Origin: Eledone cirrhosa
Taxonomy: Eukaryota
NCBI GenBank assembly: GCA_964016885.1
Contig: OZ024743.1
Span: 215,760,001-215,824,000 of the forward strand
Direction of reading: 5' to 3'
Length of the DNA stretch: 64,000 nucleotides
Shown: one piece after another, positions 27,911 through 41,098 of the stretch
Numbering within the stretch: the first letter of the stretch is position 1
Layout: each line of letters opens with the position of its first letter
The notes under the pieces: generated by a model
Told to the model about the DNA's origin: nothing
What the model saw: the letters and a program-made list of their open reading frames with translations, nothing else
Database searches by the model: none
Translations under genes and position numbers: made by a program

Positions 27911-28518
27911 CACCTCAGCGTTCTGGTCCCTTACGATTTGAACACATATATGTATATGTCTGTGTTCGTTTTTCTTTTTTATTCAGTTATATTCTACGGC
28001 TCGGAAAAAATCTCTTTCCTAAGGCTAATTTATTGTAAGAGACTGTTTTGAGTTTCTAACTCAATATACAGCTTTGATGGATTCGGCTCCGTTGAGCTAA
28101 TTCAAATGTCGAGTAAACCCGGCTGCTATTTTTAGTGGTGTGAGTTTGTGAGACACGCTAAGTTCGGATACCATGTGCTTTGGTATATATATGCACACTA
28201 TTCAGTTTTTTAATATACTTAGAATTGACCAGGATACTAATCATTCTTCACCCGCTGATGAGCAAGAATTTGTATTCCTCTTCACAATTAATATTGCGAA
28301 ACAGTATTATCAAAGCTGTGCGTGTGATTGTTAATTACCACAATTCCGGTTTGTATTTACTTTCTTGATTTATGCTTAAATTGAGTTTGGCAAACCATAT
28401 TGTATATAGTTAGTATTCTTTTCACCTCAGCGAATCTGGTCCCTTACGATTTGAACACATATATGTCTGTGTTCGTTTTTCTTTTTTATTTATTATACGG
28501 CTCGGAAAAATCTCTTTT
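27911..28518 (+). mobile_element. About 510-bp unit with about 100-bp terminal direct repeat and internal hammerhead, in (TA)n
   Basis: CACCTCAGCG..CTGGTCCCTTACGATTTGAACAC..GGCTCGGAAAAA at 27911 and 28423. Confidence 0.7.
28248..28327 (+). ncRNA. Type-I hammerhead with decayed cleavage triplet (GUG)
   Basis: TCACCCG CTGATGA GCAA..TTGC GAAA CAGT-loop-GCTG TG CGTGTGA. Confidence 0.6.
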
Positions 28519-28521
28519 TTG

Positions 28522-28566
<45 letters not shown>

Positions 28567-28597
28567 AGATCAAAAGATGGTTAAAGGAGTTCCATAT

Positions 28598-28666
28598 ATT
28601 TTATTATGCGCATTTCAAAAACAAACATCATCAAGCAATAATATTTGTGTTTTCATCAGATAAAAC
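28598..28666 (-). ncRNA. Type-I hammerhead ribozyme (inverted copy)
   Basis: Reverse complement of 28766-28834. Confidence 0.8.
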
Positions 28667-28765
28667 AGGAGAACATGATATGAAGGCTAAAAAACACTTG
28701 TGGATAGTGCAGTTTTAAATCAACATATTCTCCTGTTTTATCTGATGAAATCAACATGTTCTCCT

Positions 28766-28834
28766 GTTTTATCTGATGAAAACACAAATATTATTGCTTG
28801 ATGATGTTTGTTTTTGAAATGCGCATAATAAAAT
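28766..28834 (+). ncRNA. Type-I hammerhead ribozyme
   Basis: GTTTTAT CTGATGA AAACACAAATATTATT-gctt-GATGATGTTTGTTTTT GAAA TGCGCA TA ATAAAAT. Confidence 0.85.
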
Positions 28835-28956
28835 ATATGGAACTCCTTTAACCATCTTTTGATCTTATATTATGCATACTCCAGTCCCACAAATTGTAGA
28901 GTGCTTCTTATTCGATATCTGCATTGCTTTATTGTACTACAATAAAACTCACCTCC

Positions 28957-28990
<34 letters not shown>

Positions 28991-28993
<3 letters not shown>

Positions 28994-29174
28994 GTTTCTA
29001 CTTTTGGCACAAGGCCAGCAAATTACCCAGTGTATTACTGGTATTTATTTTATCGACCCCATAAGGATGAAAGGCAAAGTTAACGTCGGCAGGATTTGAA
29101 ATCAGAATGGCAAGGGCCGTAACTCTATACGTCAAACCATGGCGTCCGACCCTCTACCGATACTGCCAATCCAC
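28991..29174 (-). mobile_element. tRNA-derived SINE (same family as 37404-37620)
   Basis: Reverse complement contains TTCAAATCCTGCCGACGTTAACTTTGCCTTTCATCCTTATGGGGTCGATAAAATAAATACCAG. Confidence 0.8.
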
Positions 29175-29522
29175 ATATATATAATGAATATGAAGACACG
29201 ATTATAGTACATATCCGTGCCACACACATTCACACATACACACACACATATATATGTATATATATAGAAGTGGTTACACAACAGTTAGTTCACCATATCG
29301 AGAACAATTGTTTCACCTTAGCGGATCCTCATGATACGGAATAGGAAGAACAACTGTACGAACGCGCATGCGCACAAACGATCACTTCACACAGGCAATA
29401 CTAAAACGCGTGCGAGAGGTGTAATGGACTGAGTGCTCTACCACTACGTATATTACCCTCCAGTGTTCTACCAATATGTGTATTGGTATATATATTGGTA
29501 TATATATTGGTATATTTATATT

Positions 29523-29580
<58 letters not shown>

Positions 29581-30298
29581 ATATATTGTTCGGACTCCGT
29601 CTGAAACAAAACAATACGAAATCACTATAACCGTTGGCAAATTATCTTCGACAAGTAAGTGGCTTTTGAATTACTGAATTATAAAGTAACTGTGAAGTTT
29701 ATCCTCTTGAATAAACCTTCTGGCAAGTCCTTCATCATTCTTAACAAAAGAATGGACCATTAATTAAAAGGCGTGATTTAATCAATGCTATATGCTTATA
29801 TAAAATTGCTTTATATTAATTATATATGTAGAGATAGAAGGAAAGAAAACTTAAAAAGGGTAAATAAAAGATAAACCGTAAGCTATAAATTGAGAGTAAT
29901 TAATAAATACATATAGATACATTTAAATATGCAATCTTATGTTTACATAAATTATGTTTCCATAAACGTAATCATATACTGTATGAATATATGCATTAAT
30001 ATATATATTGTCTGATAGTAGAGATTCTACAAATACTGTCCCTTACTGGATGGTTCTATTCTCGAATGCCTACCGATGTTTATATTCTCCGATTATGATC
30101 AAATCACGTTACCTCCTGTTGTTAGTTATGCAAAACTTCTGTAAGGGTTATAACCATGCCATGATTCTTGAGGAAAGCAATTCTCAATTTTATTTTTGAA
30201 TTATATGCGAAATACGTTTTATAAAATAATATATCCTCTCTCTCGTGGTCAAGATATAATGTATTATCCGAGGAAGATATGAATAAATTATTTAAGAA

Positions 30299-30390
30299 CC
30301 GTGAGGATGGCAAAGTTAACCTCGCCGGGCTTTGAACTCAGACCGAAGTTAACTTTGCCTTTCATCCTTACGGTGCCGATAAAATAAGTC
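30299..30390. mobile_element. Inverted plus direct fragments of the same SINE
   Basis: GGCAAAGTTAACCTCG..TTTGAACTCAGA joined to GTTAACTTTGCCTTTCATCCTTACGGTGCCGATAAAATAAGT. Confidence 0.7.
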
Positions 30391-31097
30391 TAATAATAAC
30401 AATACGTAGGTAATAACATTAAAAGTCATTTTTGTTTTCGTTACTGAAATGATGGAATTTAACCTAGAAATATTTCCTAACTTGTTTATTAACCCACACA
30501 AAACAAGCTGCCAGGCTATAATATATTGTTGGTTATGATATATGTATTTTGGACTAGAATGGTATTAAAAAATGTTTAACTGACATTATCCATGTGCCCT
30601 ATATTATTTTCAGGTGATTGTATTTAGTATTTTCTTTAGAAGTGTTTATTTATCATCGTTTATTTATTATCATTTATTAGCATTTATTTATTATTATTTC
30701 ATTTTGCTATGTCCCATGAAACACGAAATATTTATATAATTTGGAATTAATTCTTATTAGCTATAAAGTCTTGTACTATAATAGTACTTTTCTATTTACA
30801 GTTATTCTATCACATGCTACATACTGAAACTGCGTAGTTCATTGTTCAACACATTATTAATGCAATATTAATATATTTGTTTTGGGTGAGCTTCAAATTC
30901 AACAGATATATATCGTCGAAATCAAATAGAGGTTTCGTTTCCCGAACTGATGAAATAAATGGGTTGACTGTATCGTAGTTAAGAGACTTTCCCTTAGTTA
31001 TACATTTTCTAGGAAATATATATTTCATGTTTAGAGCAGTCGATGTTTCTTGCTATTACGTTGCGGAGAATCATATATATGTATATATATATATAAC

Positions 31098-31290
31098 TGC
31101 GATGAATTAGTTTTGCGACGTTTTTGATATGAAATCGTGTGTCGAAACAAATATTGTTATACTTGGAGAGGGTCATATTTGTGTAATATTGCCAGAATTA
31201 ATAACAGAACACACTCACTGTTTGGTTGGTTTTCGCTTTTCGCTTCTGTGTATTTTATATCGGTAATCTAATTTATTTGGTCCTCAATGT
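31098..31290 (+). repeat. Dispersed (TA)n-associated repeat; copies at 58711-58853 (-) and partial at 59717-59790 (+)
   Basis: Shared GGGTCATATTTG.GTAATATTGCCAGAATTAATAACAGAACACACTCACTGTTTGGT. Confidence 0.75.
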
Positions 31291-31382
31291 TTCGCAATCT
31301 TCAGCTTCATATTGTGTGGTGACAGTTAAGTTTGCAAATTTCAGCAGTTGAAAATTGCAAACTTGACTGTCACCACACAATA

Positions 31383-31421
31383 TGAACCTGAAGATTGCGA
31401 AAGGATGAAAGTACTTGTTCA
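31383..31421 (+). ncRNA. Minimal type-I hammerhead within foldback 31290-31402
   Basis: TGAAC CTGAAGA ttgc-gaaa-ggat GAAA GTAC TT GTTCA. Stem II is weak. Confidence 0.6.
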
Positions 31422-31568
31422 ATTAACACTTAACATTTAATATTCTACCATACTATTTCATTCTAATACCATTATAAATGTTAAAGGATTGTAAATAAAA
31501 CGAGTAAATCAGACAAAAATGGAATTTCTTTTATTAATATAATCTTCTATACACAATCATACACGCCC

Positions 31569-31717
<149 letters not shown>

Positions 31718-32576
31718 ATTTAGATATTGGTGTGTATGTGTGTGAGTGTGAGATGCCACATATTAAAACCAGTCAGACCATATCATCAAACACATAAGCT
31801 GCACTATACAATATGTGTTGTTGAGCAAAGATGCAATATGAATCTTCGAATGTAGGCGCCACGCATATATAATTATTTCTCATTTGGAGTCATTATGCGA
31901 TCTATGATGCGTTGAGGAAAATATATTATAGATTTCAACGTAAATGTCAGATTTGATTCGAGAAAATAAATTAATAATATAAAGCAAAAGTTCTCAACCC
32001 ATTTCGGCCCCTCGAAATCACGAAACGCCCTCCTATCCTTTTTTTTTCCATTTTTCAATATACTACTGATTTTGATATCAGTAGATTACTAAAAAAATTG
32101 ATTAACGATATTCCAAAATACCATTGCAGGCAGTTGAAAGTATAAATACATTCCTTGAAAGGAAGTATATACTTTTCATAAAAAGGAACATACATGTTCT
32201 TTTTTATTAATAAGGAGCAGTTGAATTTGTTATATTCCTACCAGACGATACCAGCTATTTTGAACATTTATACAAGAGCAACTCTATCCAAAGAGTGCTC
32301 TTATCTGGAAGAAAGTGGCAATTGTATTATTTCAAAGCTTTCCAATTTTCCCTTTAATGAAACGGACAGAATAAATGTTGATACCTAACTTGATGTCCCC
32401 TCCGCTTTTTGATCTTAGAGACCACGCAAGTGGGTTTTCATGACCACGTAAGAGGGTATATTCATTAGTAAACGGTAAAATATATACAGCAAATGAGTAT
32501 GTGTATTATGGTAGATGGTTTCCAGTCCAGTCAGACTGCAACTACAAACAAAAAATCGATTTACTTTCATCTCATA

Positions 32577-34343
32577 TCAATGGGACCCTTGAGCTTCATG
32601 GAGTTTAGCTAACTCTTTGACGTCAGGCAGGATTTTCGTGAGCTGTAGCCGGAGATGTCCAGGTGCAATCACATTGTAGCGGTTGCGAGCCTTACTATGC
32701 AGTCTGGAAACAACGCCAAATACCCTCTCGACTATGTATGAGCTACGAAAAGGCAAAGCCTCTCGATGTAGGAGTGGATATCGACGCTGAATTTCCTCTT
32801 GCATCCAAAAAAAGGGGTTCACCTATTTTGGAAACTTTTATTTTGATAATGTCATCTGTCTGAAGTTCAATTAATTCTTCCTGAAATTTAACGTGGAAAT
32901 CGTCGACGTTAGCTATGAAGGGATATGCTATCCACATTGGGATGTCCATCTGCAAAAGGTCGACAAACCGTTCTCTCATCTTGTCTTGTAGTGCACGGAG
33001 GTGCGCGGTATAAATTTGGAGTTGGTCATCGCTCACAATGTTTTGAACATTGGCAACACTGGGAAAATTATAGAATTCCCGTCGACAAAGATTCATTTCG
33101 ATGACTTTCAATTTGGCCAGGAATAATTTCACAGCATTCCTTGCTTTAAACAAGGTGATTTTCTCCCGCTGCAAAGCCATAATGAGGCTATTGCATTTTT
33201 CGAAGATGTCGGCGAGGTAGGCGCAGTCTTGCCTCACATCGAGAGTTTTTTATACAGTTCTGTGTTGCGTCCTCGAAGAAACTCAGTGATAGAGTCGAAC
33301 GGTTCAAAGAAGCGAATAAGGCACTTGCCATTTGAAAGCCACCTCACTTCAGTATGAAGGGGCAACTCGACGAATTCTTCGTCATTATCTTCGCACAGTT
33401 GCCGGAAAATTCGTTCATTAAGGGCATGGCGTTTGACATAATTGATGACATCAATGGCTATCTGCAAAGAGTTGCTCAGCGGCTCGCTGAGTTTCTTCAC
33501 AGCCAGTTGTTGTCGATGAATGACACAATGAACAGCAAATACAGATGGATTTTCCCCTCTTCAGAAGAGAGACTAAACCCTTATGTTGGCCGACCATTGC
33601 TCTTGCGCCGTCCGTAGCACATGATACAATATTGTTAAGAGGTATCGCTTTTTCTTCGAGGTATCCCTTGACAGATTCAAAGATGGTGACACCTTTAGTA
33701 TCTGTGGCTAGATTCAGAGTGAAGAAAAGCTCCTCGTGCATTTCGTTTTGGTGGGAAAATCGCACGTATCCCAGTAGTAAGGACTGATTCCTGGAAAGTG
33801 TGCTTTCATCAAGTTGCAAAGCAAATTGCGTCAATTTATAGATGTTGCATAATTTTTGTTCAGCATTTTCCGCCATTTCGTCGATGCGTCTCCTTATTGA
33901 GTCGTTATTCAACGCAATCCATTTCAAGGTATATAAGGGGTTCTGTCGTAGTACTGTTGAAAGAACTTCTGAGATGACAAGGGCTACCAATGTTTCACCC
34001 AAGGAATGGGGCTTGCTACACTTTGCGATTATGTTGGCAATATTGTAAGATGCAAGTCCATCAACATTTGAAGCTTCAACTTTTGAAAAGGCAGAAGGAA
34101 CTAGTGTAGTTTTCTGGAGTTGGTCCCTAAGAGACTGAAATATGCTAAATCTTTATATCTCTTATCGGGGTGCCTCACCTCCAGGTGTCTACTCAAAAGC
34201 GATGGCTTCATCGCCTCATTCGAAAAGGACTCCTTGCAGATTAAACACATGGGTGACAGGTGGTTTGACAGCGATGGGATGAATCCGAACCGTAAGTAAT
34301 CAAAGCTGTACTGCCTGCATTTTTTCTTCATTGCTGAGGCCAT
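32577..34343 (-). mobile_element. hAT transposase, Buster/Charlie (SCAND3/ZBED5-like), frameshifted
   Basis: KKKCRQYSFDYLRFGF..CLICKESFSNEAMKPS (BED finger), FALQLDEST, CATDGARAMVG, LHTEVRWLS, AYLADIF, PFRSSYIVER. Five split ORFs. Confidence 0.92.
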
Positions 34344-35339
34344 TTTCTATTTAGCTAATGTGTTTGGTAAAGTTACGCAAAGATTTGCCTATATAAGCCT
34401 AACAATTATGTATAAGGAACTTACTATAATGAGTCCTGTTCCAGTATGATAAAGTTTCAAGTAATGTTCTGGAATAACACTTTGTAATAAACAAAACTGC
34501 AATGAAAAACACAAATAATGTCATTAATTAACCAAGTCGAGACAAGTTATATATGAAGATTAACCAGTCTTTCATGTAGGAATAGTAATAACTTAGCTAG
34601 AGGGAATTAAGGTTGCAGACTCAATAAAGAATCAACGAGGCAACGAGTTCAAGAGAACTTAATGCAAGAATGACTAGTAATGTGCTATTTTGAAATGGAA
34701 TTCATCAATTAAGCACGTAGTGATAAGACGCGATAATACCAAGTTAAGACATTACTTATTAGTCAGAGTTACTCAAATTATCGCCCTTAATGCATCACTG
34801 TGATATTCTTGTAATGGTGCTGCAATTATAATGGATGACTGTTGAAGATTACAAAAGCACTTCCTTAAACCAAAGGCTATAACAAGACTTGATCGTAGTA
34901 TAAACAGTCAGTTTATATAGGAATAGCAACAACCTAGTTATAGAATAAATGATGTGGAAATGCAATGAAGATAAGATAGGGTCAAGCAAACCGGATGTTT
35001 GTAAGAATGAGCAGAAGTATCGAGGTCAAGCCGATCACGGTGATGAACGGGTCAGTGAATAATGTTGCTCGTTTCCAGGAGCCTCGTTTGCATTAAAAAT
35101 GTGAGGGGGGCAAACCAACATTTGTTGGAGCATTTTAGTATTACTTATGGTGTCTTTCCTGAACCCTATCACATAAGTAAACATTTCTTTACGCTAATTA
35201 CATTTTATATATTCCAATGAAGTTCAGATATAAAATAAAATAAGCTTAAAAAGTATTTATTATATCAAATGAACAAAAAATAAAACATAGACGTTTGAAT
35301 AAAAATCATATAAAGTGAATTTATTGTCTTTTAGAACTT

Positions 35340-36515
35340 TCCAAATGTAATCATATCTCGCATCTATGCTGTCAATAAATAATTTAGCAACTTCTTCACA
35401 ACTAATCTTTTTCAAAACATCTTTATGAACGTCTCATATTAAAATATGATTCAATCTTTGCTGAGTCATGGTCGATCGCAACCAAGTTTTGAGTCTCTGC
35501 AGGGGGCTAAAAGATCTTTCAGCTTCACAAGAACTGGTTGGAAACATTAAAAGTAGCCCGAGCAATCGCTCAACATTTAGAAACATGCGACTGACTTCTG
35601 ATTGCATTTCACCGAATATTTTACGATGATCCTCGAGAGATGATCCACTAAGATGATTTCTATAAAAAGGTATTTCGTTCCTTAAAGAAAATTCATCAAG
35701 CTCTGGATACTGTATGATCACTTCAGCACAAATATTTCCATTGAGTAAGATATTGTTCAGTTGTTCATAATCTGCTAAATCCTGTGAAAAAAAGAAATGA
35801 TCTTTCAAATTTGATATTGCAGTATCCGCTACCTGCAAATACTGCACTCTGTAATGCTCCAAAGCAGTGCAGTGTTGATATTTTAACGAATTTCCTTCCT
35901 GGTATCTTTTAGGAACTTTTCGTTGCCTGGGTAGCTCCAAAGGAGAAATATCGAGTTGATAAATCATTTTTTCTGCTGTATTGAACAGCTCCTGAAATTT
36001 GTCTTCACTGCGTAGATTTGTTTAGCTCCAACTGCACCAGTTTGACACTATGCAACATGCTACATAGATCGAAGGTGGTACTTTGAAAAGATTTGTTCAA
36101 TCTTTCAGGAATTGAAATAATGGAACTACACCGTGCAATACAAGAACACATTAGCCCGCAGAGTGACACGTAAGAATAACTATTAGCTCTGGATGCAATG
36201 TTGGTGCCAAACTAATTTGATGCCTCTTGTAAAGAAATAGGGACATCTGAATAATTGTCAAGAAGGGCTTTGACTGCAGAAAGTCGTGTTAGCCATCGGG
36301 TAGGGCACACAGGTGTTAAGGAGTGTGGTGACGATACTTCATTTTCTTCATCATGTTGTGATAAATAAGCTTGCTTAAATTTCCCTAATGTACTATATAG
36401 TTTCGCAATTCATTCACGTAACCTAGAACATGTTTGATAAGTGAAGCTTGTTGTACAGACTTAGTTATAATAAGTTGAGAAATATGAATGCCGCAGTGCA
36501 CGTAATGGGCCAAAT
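35340..36515 (-). mobile_element. hAT transposase C-terminal half (ZMYM1-like), decayed
   Basis: YVHCGIHISQL, LTPVCPTRWLTR and hATC motif FPTSSCEAERSFSPLQRLKTWLRSTMTQQRLNHI. Confidence 0.85.
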
Positions 36516-36968
36516 CAAGTTATGTTAGAATATTTAAAAAGATCTTTAAAAAATACCCGTACGAATTAAATACAACAAAATTTCTGTCCAAAACAAAAGC
36601 AAACTATTTCAAATTATATATTTTTGAAAAGTAGACGTGAATGTTCTCAAAGACTTGATTTCAGTAGAAAAAGCTTTTTCTTTAAACTCTATATTTCACT
36701 GTTAGCTCTTGTAATATTTTGATTGGATAAACAATTCTACAATTCAAACTATAAAGTAAAAATACAAAAGATTTAAAATATGAAAAATTGTTTACCTTTC
36801 TCTGAAATCACAAACTCAGGGGAAAAATAGTAACTTGCAAAATAAAAAAACCTCGTAGCAAAATAAAATACTTAGCAACGAATGAAGCTTGGAGACAGTG
36901 AGAAAGTAGTATTTGTATCCCTTATATATAGATACACAGACACACGCAAACACACATAAATACGCAGG

Positions 36969-37046
<78 letters not shown>

Positions 37047-37175
37047 CACACACACAAACTTGTGTGTGTGTCTTGGTTTGGGTACAGAAAGAATTTTGTA
37101 TACAGTTTTTTATTGCCAGGACAAAGGCCACTGCTCCTTTCAACAACGCCAAATAACAACGCTCCACAAACACAC

Positions 37176-37235
<60 letters not shown>

Positions 37236-37403
37236 GAAGAGAGAAAGAAGGAGGGAGAGAGAGAGTAAGAAATGTGTGTGTGTTTGGTACACATCTATCT
37301 ATCTATCTCCAACCGGGGACTCACACATGCGGCCCGCGAACTACTTATCTGTGGCTCGTGATAGAACCAATATTTCATATCACATTATAACTGGTGAGAA
37401 TAA

Positions 37404-37620
37404 GGCGGCGAGATGGTGGAATCGTTAGCACATCAGGCTAAATGCTTAACGGTACTTCTTCCGTTTTTAAGTTCTGAGTTCAAATTCCGCCGATCTCAAC
37501 TTTGCCGTACATCCTTTTGGGGTCGATGAATTAAGTACCAGTTGTGTACTAGGATCGATGCAATCGACTGAACCCTAAACCCCAAATGTCATTCCTTGTT
37601 CCGATAGTAGAAATGATTAT
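37404..37620 (+). mobile_element. Full-length tRNA-derived SINE (octopus-type) with TSD
   Basis: GGCGGCGAGATGGTGGAATCGTTAGC (A-box-like), GAGTTCAAATTCC (B-box) and central CATCCTTTTGGGGTCGATGAATTAAGTACC. TSD-like ATTATAACTGGTGA(G/A)AAT on both sides. Confidence 0.85.
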
Positions 37621-37747
37621 AACTGGTGAAAATGTTCACCCACCACCACGTTTGGCCCACTGTCCCTCTCCTCCAGGACGTAATAGCCCTTTTGTGTCCT
37701 TGAGTTTGAGACCCCTCTTCTACACACAGCACACACACACACATATA

Positions 37748-38002
37748 TTTTACTTTTGTTCTGTCTCTGGACTATGTCCATGCTGAGGCATCACCTTGGT
37801 ATGTCATGGGAACGTCAACAAACCAACAAGCATTGGTGGGAGGGAAAACACAAACTCAAAGACACCCACAGACATATATGCATATATACGACGGGCTTCT
37901 TTTAGTTTCGATCTATCAAATCCACTCACAGGGCTATGGTCGGCCCGGGCAGTGGGACTGAACCAGGAAATGTGTGTTTGGGAAACAAGCTTCTTGTCTC
38001 AC

Positions 38003-38006
<4 letters not shown>
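37748..38006 (-). mobile_element. Second SINE family with LINE-like 3' tail
   Basis: Reverse complement has GGTTCAGTCCCACTG (B-box-like) at the head. Its tail GGTGATGCCTCAGCATGG..GTAAAA resembles the LINE end at 57560-57620. Confidence 0.65.
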
Positions 38007-38053
<47 letters not shown>

Positions 38054-38071
38054 AATATATATATTATACAG

Positions 38072-38182
<111 letters not shown>

Positions 38183-38593
38183 TGTATGTAGATTTATATA
38201 TATACCACCGTGTTACTCACTTATTTGGTAAAGAGCGAAATACCTGTTAATAACCTGATATTCCTTGTTCGATCATTATACCTAAAGCTTATGTTTTTAA
38301 GCAGACTGTATTTTGATTTAGGTGTCACAGAAACTCTACATCGGATTTTAACAGCAATTTCGGGAGGGCAGGTCTGCTTATCATTTATTTTTTATCAGTT
38401 ATTTTATTTTGACCTGTTTAGCTTGATTTGGTTTTTGGCTTGGGTGGTTAATGCCTTCTTGACCACCTTTTCGGTTTTGTCTGGCTTCTTAACACATTGT
38501 TTAGCTCTGGTTTTTAACTATTGAGCACTTTGCCAGTATCATTTCTGATTTTTGCATTTCGCTTCGCCTTTCCTGCCCGCCGAAATGCGATTC

Positions 38594-39365
<772 letters not shown>

Positions 39366-39513
39366 GATTTTGAGTTTATGTTGGTTGTATACCAACACCT
39401 CAATATACAGGCTGGAGCACTCGACGAAGTGCGCAGGTTGGTTTGGTTACTCCGGAGTAGTGTAAAATAAAGTTAAATAAAAGTCAAATGATTAAAATTT
39501 AGCTTCGTTTATT

Positions 39514-39568
39514 ACTGCTATATATATTTCAGTGACAGCCATCTTTGGCTGTGACCTCTTCAAGCAGT
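39514..39568 (-). ncRNA. Type-I hammerhead ribozyme (U3 variant) in pLTR-like fragment 39363-39690
   Basis: Reverse complement: ACTGC TTGAAGA GGTCACAGCC-aaagat-GGCTGTCACT GAAA TATATA TA GCAGT. Confidence 0.8.
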
Positions 39569-39754
39569 TTGAATTAGTATGGTATAGACAAGTACATATG
39601 TTGTTTAGGTGTATGATATTGTCAATACTCTGATATGCCCAGTTCCTTGTTGGGTTGTTAATTCACTGTGGAACTGGAGTCATATGTATAAATATGTATG
39701 TATATACGTATATATATGTATGTATATTTATATATATATATATGTATGTATATT

Positions 39755-39803
<49 letters not shown>

Positions 39804-41098
39804 TTAAATATATATATATATATATTTATGTATGTATATATATCTATATATATAAATCGACATACATACATATATACATACATTTATTTATATTTAAGTG
39901 TGTAAGGATGTTAATTTGATCTATGTCTTCTTTTTTTTTGGTAAGGAGAACATTTTTGTCGCCAGATTTCATTACCTAGGGAGATTAAATACCACAGCTC
40001 TGGCTGAAAGGTGACCAGGGTCTCAAGTTCATCAAACACTAACGCCTTTGATTTCTTTTGATTTTCTTTTATCTCCCTAGGGAATTCGTTGACAAGCTTC
40101 ATTCATTTATTTTTTTCGTTTTCTTCATTCAAATCACTGACTGTCTAAGAGGCGTACAAATATGATTTATAAAACTTACCGAACTAAAGGGGCTTCTAGC
40201 GCTCTCAAAGTATCACACTCCCTCTTACTGCATAACGTCCCCTAACGCTCCCCTGGAGCTAAGACCCCCCCTCCCAATCCCCGAGCGAGTGCATATGCCC
40301 CCCCCCCCCCCTTTTTGAGAACGTTTAATATAAAGCATACGTGCAAGTTGAACAAAGTATATTCTACTGTAAATTATGAAAGACATTATATAATAGAATA
40401 TCATGTATAATATAAAAGAGAAGTTGTTTCTCTCTCTGTCTGTCTGCAAAAAAATGTATGGAGAAGGAGGGTAACAGGGAGGAGAGAAATGTGGCTGATG
40501 TTGGGATAGAAATATAGTGAGAGAGAGAGAGAGAGCGTGTGAGGGATGGATAGATCATGACTTGAGAATGAAAGTGATGAGGACAGACTTAAAACAAAAA
40601 TACTATAATGACAAATTTTTGTTGCTGTTATTGAGAGAGAAATATAGTAGGACAGAGGAATCGGGAGATAGATAGAGAGAGAGTACTTTGTCACCATTGA
40701 AACTAATGAGTTTGACTTGAAAACGCAAGAAATTTATGGGCAACACATTGTGGGAAAAACATGTGTGCGTTAGTCCTTCAAACTATCTACAAAATAACAC
40801 ATACTTTAAAAAAAGACAATATAATTTCTCTGTTACATTTATATCACTTATATGTATATATATATATAATACATATAAATGTTTGTCTGAATTTGTTTGA
40901 TTGTGTGTATTTTAACGGCAGGGTAGTGACGCAATTTTACAAGTATTGGAAACAAGAATTTACCCCATATACTGACGCTTATGTTTATATGCGTTTGCGG
41001 GTGTGTATGACCATACATTTATATGTATGAGTATATAAATATAAACGTGCAAATACAGACATGTTTTAAAAATATGAAAATATTTATAATTATATATA

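Larger units (their letters stand above)
28559..28960 (+). mobile_element. Foldback pLTR-like element with a hammerhead on each arm
   Basis: Arms about 28559-28677 and about 28755-28873, a 31-bp local duplication, (TA)n flanks. Confidence 0.85.

Noticed and set aside
37404-37490. tRNA gene
   Set aside because: A/B boxes belong to a SINE head; no cloverleaf.
39911-40200. Minus-strand 63-aa ORF with nearby GTAAGT..TTAG
   Set aside because: The implied intron is only about 35 nt and the peptide is unrecognisable.
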